From Anaerolineae bacterium (GTDB lineage: Bacteria > Chloroflexota > Anaerolineae > JAAYZQ01), in NCBI GenBank assembly GCA_050116355.1, contig JASFOV010000012.1:1-20664 (forward strand): a stretch of DNA of 20,664 nt. The letters are read 5' to 3'. The notes under the pieces are model-generated. The model saw nothing but the letters and a program-made list of their open reading frames with translations, ran no database searches and was not told the DNA's origin. The position numbers were made by a program, and so were the translations under genes. Below are positions 14,922-20,664 of this stretch, one piece after another. Positions within the stretch are counted from its first letter, which is position 1. Every line of letters starts with the position of its first letter.

Positions 14922-17900
14922 ATGGCAGAAAGAAAGATGGTAACCATAGATGGCAATGAAGCCGCAGCCTATGTTGCGCACAAGATCAACGAAGTCATTG
15001 CCATCTACCCAATTACGCCCTCAAGCCCAATGGGTGAGCACGCGGATGCCTACTCGGCCGAGGGGCAGACCAACATCTGGGGAACCGTTCCCTTGGTCGT
15101 AGAGATGCAGGCCGAGGGTGGCGCCGCAGGCGCCGTCCACGGAGCGCTGCAGACTGGGGCTCTGACGACGACGTTCACCGCTTCCCAAGGTCTGCTGCTG
15201 ATGATCCCAAACATGTACAAGATTGCAGGCGAGCTAACCCCTACGGTGTTTCACGTTTCGGCGCGTAGTGTTGCCTGCCAGGCCTTGTCCATTTTTGGCG
15301 ATCACAGTGACGTCATGGCCACACGCGCCACAGGATGGGCGTTGTTGTCCAGTAACTCACCTCAGGAGGTCCAGGACCTGGCCTTGATCGCCCAAGCAGC
15401 AACCCTGGAAGCCCGCGTTCCCATTGTCCACTTCTTCGACGGCTTTCGCACCAGCCACGAGATCAACAAGGTCCAACAACTAACTCGCGATGACATTAAA
15501 TTCATGATCGATGACGACCTGGTCCTGAAGCATCGCAACCGCGGATTCAGCCCCGAGCGCCCCTTCATCCGGGGTACCGCCCAGAACCCTGACGTGTTCT
15601 TCCAAGCTCGCGAAACCGTCAACCCATTCTACCTGGAGACACCTGACATTGTCCAGCGAGCCATGACCAAATTTGCGGAGCGCACCGGTCGTCAATACCA
15701 ACTCTTTGAGTATGTCGGCGCACCTGATGCCAACCGTGTGATTGTCATGATGGGTTCGGGAGCAGAAGTGGCCGAGGCCACTGTCGACTATCTAGTGGAC
15801 CAAGGCGAAAAGGTTGGACTGCTGAAGGTCCGCCTTTACCGGCCTTTCAGCGTTGAGCATTTTGTCCAGGCACTGCCAGAGACAATCGAGATCGTCGCCG
15901 CGCTGGACCGGACCAAAGAACCAGGCAGTGCCGGCGAGCCGCTGTACCAGGATTGTCTGACGGCACTGGCTGAAGCAGGCAAAGCGATCAAGGTCGTTGG
16001 CGGACGATACGGGCTCTCGAGTAAGGAGTTCACACCGGCCATGGTCAAAGGTCTCTTTGACGAGATGGCCAAGGAGGAACCCAAGAACCACTTCACGCTG
16101 GGGATCTATGACGATGTCACGCAAACCAGCATCGAGTACGATCCAAACTTCAACATCGAGGCCGACGACGTGGTTCGGGCGATGTTTTACGGTCTTGGTT
16201 CCGATGGCACGGTTGGCGCCAACAAGAACAGTGTCAAGATCATTGGTGAGGACACGGACAACTATGCGCAGGGGTACTTCCAGTACGACTCGAAGAAGGC
16301 CGGCGCTGTCACTGTGTCTCACCTACGCTTTGGCCCGCGTCCCATCCGCCAGACGTGTTTGATCAGCTCGGCGAATTTTGTGGCGTGCCACCAGTTCGTC
16401 TTCCTTGAGAAATTCGACATGCTGGAGAACGCGGCACCCGGCGCAACTTTCCTCCTGAATGCACCCTATGGTCCCGGTGAGGTATGGGACAAACTACCGC
16501 GCAAGGTGCAGGAGCAGATCATTGAGAAGGATCTCAAGGTGTATGTCATCGACGCCTACCGCGTGGCCAAGGACACGGGCATGGGGGTCCGGATCAATAC
16601 CATCATGCAGACCGCCTTCTTTGCCCTGTCGGGGGTGCTGCCCAAAGATGACGCTATCGCCGCCATCAAGAATGCCATCAAAAAGACATATGGCAAGCGT
16701 GGCGAAGCGGTGGTGAAAAAGAACTTTGCTGCCGTCGACATGACACTCTCCAATCTTTTCCGAGTCGAGGTTCTGGATGAGATCACCAGTGAGATCGAGA
16801 TGCCTCCCGTGGTGCCACCCGAGGCACCCGAGTTTGTCCAAACCGTCACCGCCTCCATCATGGCCCGCAAGGGAGACTCGCTCCCCGTATCGGCTCTGCC
16901 GATAGATGGTACCTATCCCTCAGCAACTACCCAGTGGGAGAAGCGGAACATCGCTCTGGAGATTCCGGTGTGGGAGCCAGACATCTGCATCCAATGCGCC
17001 AAGTGTGCCCTGGCCTGCCCGCATGCGACGATCCGTTTCAAAATCTACGATGAAGCCTTGTTGAGCGATGCGCCAGAGGCCTTCAAGTCGGCCAAGGCGC
17101 GAGGCAAAGAGTATGCGGACATGGTGGCCACCATCCAGGTCGCTCCGGAGGATTGCACTGGCTGTGGGCTTTGTGTAGAGGCCTGTCCGGCCAAGGACAG
17201 GACGGAGCCCAAGCGCAAGGCGATCAATATGGCTCCGCAGATGCCGATCCGTCTCCAAGAACGGGAGAACTACGAGTTCTTCCTAGGCCTTCCCGAGTTC
17301 GATCGAACGCAGGTCAAGACCAACTCTGTGAAAGGTTCACAACTCCTGCAGCCGTTGTTCGAGTACTCGGGTGCGTGCGCGGGATGTGGTGAGACGCCGT
17401 ATGTGAAGCTGTTGAGCCAACTGTTTGGCGACCGGGCGCTGGTCTCCAACGCAACCGGCTGCTCTTCGATCTATGGCGGCAACCTGCCCACCACTCCGTG
17501 GGCGATCGACCGGAACGGGCGAGGGCCGACCTGGTCCAATAGCCTCTTTGAGGATAATGCCGAGTTCGGGTTTGGGTTCCGGCTGACTATTGACAAACAG
17601 ACCGAATACGCCCGTGAGTTGGTCCATGAACTGCGGGACGCCATCGGCCCAGAACTGGCCGACGGCCTACTGCAGGCCGAGCAGGTGACAGAAGCAGACA
17701 TCGCTGACCAGCGGGCCCGAGTAGCGGAACTAAAGGAGAAGCTCTCGGAGATGGACGGCCCCCAGGCGGCACAACTGCGCAGCCTGGCAGATATGCTCGT
17801 CAAACGCTCAGTGTGGATCGTCGGAGGCGATGGCTGGGCATACGACATCGGCTATGGCGGTCTGGACCATGTACTAGCATCGGGTAGGAACGTGAACGTG

Positions 17901-18458
17901 CTGGTCCTTGACACGCAGGTATACTCCAATACCGGGGGGCAGATGTCGAAAGCCACGCCGCGGGCGGCAGTCGCCAAGTTTGCGGCTGGTGGCAAGCCCT
18001 TACCCAAGAAAGACCTGGGCAGGATCGCCATGACCTACGGAAACATCTATGTGGCGCAAGTAGCGATGGGCGCTAACGATCGCCAGACGGTTCGGGCTTT
18101 TGTCGAGGGTGAGAGCTATGACGGCCCGAGTCTGATCATCGCCTACAGCCACTGCATCGCCCATGGCTTCAATCTGCGGCTGGGGTTCCAGCAGCAACAG
18201 GCAGCGGTGGATTCAGGCTCGTGGCCGCTGTACCGCTACGACCCGCGCCGCGCTGATGAGGGGCTCAACCCACTACAGCTTGACTCGCGCGCGCCCAAGA
18301 TCCCGTTGCAGGATTATGCCTACAATGAGACCCGCTTCCGGATGCTGACCCAGTCGAAGCCGGAGGAAGCGGAGCGGCTGCTCGCCTTGGCCCAGAAGGA
18401 CATCAACGAGCGCTGGCAGATGTACGAGCAACTGGCATCGCTAGACTATAGTGCTTAG
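14922..18458 (+). CDS. nifJ: Pyruvate:ferredoxin (flavodoxin) oxidoreductase, single-polypeptide NifJ/YdbK type.
   Basis: N-terminus MAERKMVTIDGNEAAAYVAHKINEVIAIYPITPSS. Two 4Fe-4S ferredoxin motifs, CIQCAKCALACP and CTGCGLCVEACP. TPP-binding GGDGWAYDIGYGGLDH. About 1178 aa. The ATG at 14922 has AGGGGG 7 nt upstream. The track start at 14895 adds 9 unlikely residues. Confidence 0.9.
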   Translation: MAERKMVTIDGNEAAAYVAHKINEVIAIYPITPSSPMGEHADAYSAEGQTNIWGTVPLVVEMQAEGGAAGAVHGALQTGALTTTFTASQGLLLMIPNMYKIAGELTPTVFHVSARSVACQALSIFGDHSDVMATRATGWALLSSNSPQEVQDLALIAQAATLEARVPIVHFFDGFRTSHEINKVQQLTRDDIKFMIDDDLVLKHRNRGFSPERPFIRGTAQNPDVFFQARETVNPFYLETPDIVQRAMTKFAERTGRQYQLFEYVGAPDANRVIVMMGSGAEVAEATVDYLVDQGEKVGLLKVRLYRPFSVEHFVQALPETIEIVAALDRTKEPGSAGEPLYQDCLTALAEAGKAIKVVGGRYGLSSKEFTPAMVKGLFDEMAKEEPKNHFTLGIYDDVTQTSIEYDPNFNIEADDVVRAMFYGLGSDGTVGANKNSVKIIGEDTDNYAQGYFQYDSKKAGAVTVSHLRFGPRPIRQTCLISSANFVACHQFVFLEKFDMLENAAPGATFLLNAPYGPGEVWDKLPRKVQEQIIEKDLKVYVIDAYRVAKDTGMGVRINTIMQTAFFALSGVLPKDDAIAAIKNAIKKTYGKRGEAVVKKNFAAVDMTLSNLFRVEVLDEITSEIEMPPVVPPEAPEFVQTVTASIMARKGDSLPVSALPIDGTYPSATTQWEKRNIALEIPVWEPDICIQCAKCALACPHATIRFKIYDEALLSDAPEAFKSAKARGKEYADMVATIQVAPEDCTGCGLCVEACPAKDRTEPKRKAINMAPQMPIRLQERENYEFFLGLPEFDRTQVKTNSVKGSQLLQPLFEYSGACAGCGETPYVKLLSQLFGDRALVSNATGCSSIYGGNLPTTPWAIDRNGRGPTWSNSLFEDNAEFGFGFRLTIDKQTEYARELVHELRDAIGPELADGLLQAEQVTEADIADQRARVAELKEKLSEMDGPQAAQLRSLADMLVKRSVWIVGGDGWAYDIGYGGLDHVLASGRNVNVLVLDTQVYSNTGGQMSKATPRAAVAKFAAGGKPLPKKDLGRIAMTYGNIYVAQVAMGANDRQTVRAFVEGESYDGPSLIIAYSHCIAHGFNLRLGFQQQQAAVDSGSWPLYRYDPRRADEGLNPLQLDSRAPKIPLQDYAYNETRFRMLTQSKPEEAERLLALAQKDINERWQMYEQLASLDYSA

Positions 18459-18471
18459 CCATTACATGCAT

Positions 18472-18501
18472 GCCGGGCACGGGCCGAAACTCGTGTCCGG
18501 C
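18472..18501 (+). other. G+C-rich hairpin with a 10-12-bp stem, 14 nt after the PFOR stop. No U-tract follows. It may be a leaky terminator or an RNA-stability element.
   Basis: GCCGGGCACG at 18472-18481, loop ggccgaaact, CGTGTCCGGC at 18492-18501, with one G-U wobble. The flanking A/T pairs extend the stem to 12 bp. It is followed by atctagggtac, which is not U-rich. Confidence 0.35.
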
Positions 18502-18530
18502 ATCTAGGGTACAAGAGAAAGGAATGATCC

Positions 18531-19523
18531 ATGGTCGATCTCAGTACAACCTATATGGGGCTAGAACTAAAGAATCCCCTTGTCCCCTCTGCCTCGCCCC
18601 TGTCGGCTGACCTAGACAACATCAAGCGCATGGAAGATGCTGGCGCGGCCGCTGTGACCCTGCACTCGCTATTTGAGGAGCAGGTTGAGTTTGAGGCAGA
18701 AGCTCTGAACCACTTCCTCGAGCGCGGTACCGACAGCTTTGCGGAGGCCTTGTCGTACTTTCCCGAGGTGTACGAATACCGGCGCGAGCCGGATGACTAT
18801 GTTGAACACATCCGCCAAGCCAAGGCCTCGGTTGACATTCCCATCATCGCCAGCCTCAATGGGGTCAGCCCCGGCGGCTGGACGGGGTATGCCACCAAGT
18901 TCCAAGAGGCGGGTGCCGATGCAGTGGAGCTGAATGTCTACTTTATCCCCACCAACTTTCACCTGATGAGCTACGATATCGAAGACCTATATGTCAAGCT
19001 GCTCAAGGAAGTCAAGAGCAAGGTGGAGATTCCCGTCGCCATGAAACTGAGCCCCTACTTTAGCGCCATGCCCCACGTCGCTTCGATGCTGGACGCCGAA
19101 GGGGCCGATTCACTCGTGATGTTCAACCGGTTCTATCAACCAGACATCGACATCGAGGCGCTGGAAGTCACCCCAAACCTACAGTTGAGCACTCCGGTCG
19201 AGACGCGATTGCCGCTGCGATGGATCGCCATCCTGTACGGAAACGTGGACTGTTCCATGGCCCTTACGAGCGGCATCCACAGCTCGGAGGATGTGATCAA
19301 AGCTGTGATGGCGGGCGCTGACGTCGCCAACATCTGCTCGGTCCTGCTTAAGGAAGGGATCGGCAAGATCACCGACCTGGTAGACGGCGTGCAAGCATGG
19401 ATGGCGGAGCATGAGTACGAGTCAGTCGCACAGATGAAAGGCAGCATGAGCCACAAATCGGTGGCCGAGCCGGCGGCCTTTGAGCGGGCCAACTATATGA
19501 AGGTGCTCAACAGCTACAAGTGA
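18531..19523 (+). CDS. Dihydroorotate-dehydrogenase-like TIM-barrel flavoprotein (PyrD/PreA superfamily, the 'DHOD-like protein' group).
   Basis: 330 aa. ...IPIIASLNG..., LTSGIHSSEDVIKAVMAGADVANICSVLL. Shine-Dalgarno site AAAGGAA 11 nt before the ATG. Confidence 0.65.
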   Translation: MVDLSTTYMGLELKNPLVPSASPLSADLDNIKRMEDAGAAAVTLHSLFEEQVEFEAEALNHFLERGTDSFAEALSYFPEVYEYRREPDDYVEHIRQAKASVDIPIIASLNGVSPGGWTGYATKFQEAGADAVELNVYFIPTNFHLMSYDIEDLYVKLLKEVKSKVEIPVAMKLSPYFSAMPHVASMLDAEGADSLVMFNRFYQPDIDIEALEVTPNLQLSTPVETRLPLRWIAILYGNVDCSMALTSGIHSSEDVIKAVMAGADVANICSVLLKEGIGKITDLVDGVQAWMAEHEYESVAQMKGSMSHKSVAEPAAFERANYMKVLNSYK

Positions 19524-19647
19524 CACCCGCCCGGCTCGACTCTTGATGGAACAGCCAAGGGGGATAGCTTTGCTGGTGCAAGGCCATCCCCTTTGCTATT
19601 GACCGCCAACCAGGCGAGCCGTCGATGGCATCGAGCGAGGCGTATCC

Positions 19648-20373
19648 ATGGACTTGAGCGATCTCAACCAATTGAAGAGGGACCGACGCGCGATCCGCCA
19701 TCTCTTGTCGCCGACCGATCCAGTGGACGCACTCACGAGCTACTACGCCCTCTGGCACGATCCACAACGCACCCAGCTGATGGTGCACCATGAGGCGACG
19801 GGCCGCGCAGATGGCTTTGTCGCAGTCTGCATGACGGGCACGGACCTCTTTCGCCCTCTGGTGACCCTGCGAGCGCCAGACGAAAGAGTCGCGGGAGAGT
19901 TGCTCCGTGCCGCCCTCGCACCCAACCGCCCGTACCAAGTGATCGTACCGGTCACGGCCGCCTCTCTCGTACGTGCCCACATCGATGTCTCCAGTTCTAG
20001 ACTGGCCCAGATCTACCGCCTGGATCCATCCCAGTTCGAACCGGTCATCAATGTCTTGGTGCAAAGGGTCGTAAGTGATGAGGGGATCCCTCGCTTCCAG
20101 ATCGAGTCCCAAGGAAAGGTTGTGGCCATGGCAGGCACCAATTGGCGCTCCCCATCCTTTGCCGAGGTGTTTGTCTATGTACATGCCAGCGGACGAGGCC
20201 GGGGTTGGGGCAAGTCTGTGGTCTCAGCCTGCACTGTGGAGCTGCTCGAAAGCCGTCTCAAACCTCTGTATATGGTCGAAGAAGACAATGAGGCATCCGT
20301 GCGAATCGCGGAAAGCCTGGGATACAGAAACATCGGACACAGCGAATTTGCTGCGGAGGGCCGGATCAAATAG
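19648..20373 (+). CDS. GNAT-family N-acetyltransferase. The C-terminal acetyl-CoA-binding core is preceded by an N-terminal region of about 140 aa.
   Basis: FAEVFVYVHASGRGRGWGKSVVSACTVELLES...YMVEEDNEASVRIAESLGY, with the R/Q-x-x-G-x-G motif. The overlapping minus-strand ORF 19507..20184 is rejected as antisense. Confidence 0.7.
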   Translation: MDLSDLNQLKRDRRAIRHLLSPTDPVDALTSYYALWHDPQRTQLMVHHEATGRADGFVAVCMTGTDLFRPLVTLRAPDERVAGELLRAALAPNRPYQVIVPVTAASLVRAHIDVSSSRLAQIYRLDPSQFEPVINVLVQRVVSDEGIPRFQIESQGKVVAMAGTNWRSPSFAEVFVYVHASGRGRGWGKSVVSACTVELLESRLKPLYMVEEDNEASVRIAESLGYRNIGHSEFAAEGRIK

Positions 20374-20491
20374 TGTGGCGGTCACCCGTTGACAGGGGCT
20401 GGATCTTGGATCTCAAAAGATACGGGCCGCCTGAGGGATCGATTCGCAGCCACCGGAATCAGGATGCAGATCTACCCCCCACTCCGCGCCG

Positions 20492-20664
20492 CTAGCCGTC
20501 CTTCATCACGTCCAAAGCGTCGCCATTGGGTGCGGCGATGCGCTCTCCCTCCAGGCGCAACGAGACAACCTGAGACACACTGTCATCCCCCATAGAGATG
20601 CCGTAGATGGTATCCGCTGCTTTGATGGTCCCCCGGTTGTGGGTGATGATGATAAACTGCGTGC
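20492..20664 (-). CDS. smc: Chromosome segregation protein SMC, extreme C-terminus (57 codons plus the stop). The gene starts beyond the window end.
   Basis: Minus-strand translation ...TQFIIITHNRGTIKAADTIYGISMGDDSVSQVVSLRLEGERIAAPNGDALDVMKDG*. It matches the conserved SMC C-terminal signature (FIVITHNKGTMEAAD.LYGVTMQE.GVSKLVSV.LE). The stop is the complement of 20492-20494. The reading frame has 2 leftover nt at the window edge. Confidence 0.8.
   Translation of the reverse strand, partial: TQFIIITHNRGTIKAADTIYGISMGDDSVSQVVSLRLEGERIAAPNGDALDVMKDG

Noticed and set aside
15792-16322. Minus-strand ORF of 176 aa, plus other antisense ORFs within PFOR.
   Set aside because: Antisense to a CDS strongly supported by conserved motifs.
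19507-20184. Minus-strand ORF of 225 aa.
   Set aside because: Antisense to the GNAT gene, whose acetyl-CoA motif RGRGWG is in frame on the + strand.
20389-20595. + strand ORF of 68 aa.
   Set aside because: Overlaps the SMC C-terminus, which is strongly conserved on the minus strand.

Overview
This 20.7-kb window reads as ordinary chromosomal DNA from a high-G+C bacterium. Nearly all real genes are on the + strand, and the ORF track contains many antisense or alternate-frame ORFs typical of high-G+C noise. I support 20 coding regions. (1) A minus-strand RNase II/R-family gene runs off the left edge. (2) Five + strand genes overlap by 4 nt at each junction (ATGA or GTGA): an ArsA/GET3-like ATPase, a family-2 amidase, MnmA, a small 3-TM protein and a TGS plus uridine-kinase fusion. 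(3) A lower-G+C stretch of about 1.8 kb holds two small minus-strand genes and roughly 650 bp of non-coding DNA with tandem promoters. (4) A multi-TM SPFH/flotillin-like protein is followed by a zinc-ribbon membrane protein. (5) psuK and psuG (pseudouridine catabolism) are followed closely by a CdsA/dolichol-kinase-like membrane protein. (6) A DksA/TraR zinc-finger protein. (7) Single-chain pyruvate:ferredoxin oxidoreductase (PFOR), a DHOD-like flavoprotein and a GNAT acetyltransferase. (8) The C-terminus of SMC on the minus strand at the right edge. Several sigma70-type promoters are readable, and three share the extended -10 motif TGTGGTATA(G/C)T. The most interesting element is a consensus promoter (TTGACA, 17 nt, TGcTATAAT) driving a transcript of about 100 nt that ends in a textbook terminator immediately upstream of PFOR. 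Its 5' end can pair with the terminator's left arm, which is the arrangement of an antiterminator. This is a candidate attenuator or sRNA that I cannot match to a known family. I found no CRISPR array, rRNA, tRNA or clear mobile element. I see no obviously novel multi-gene system, but the SPFH plus zinc-ribbon pair and the small-RNA element are the best candidates for new biology.
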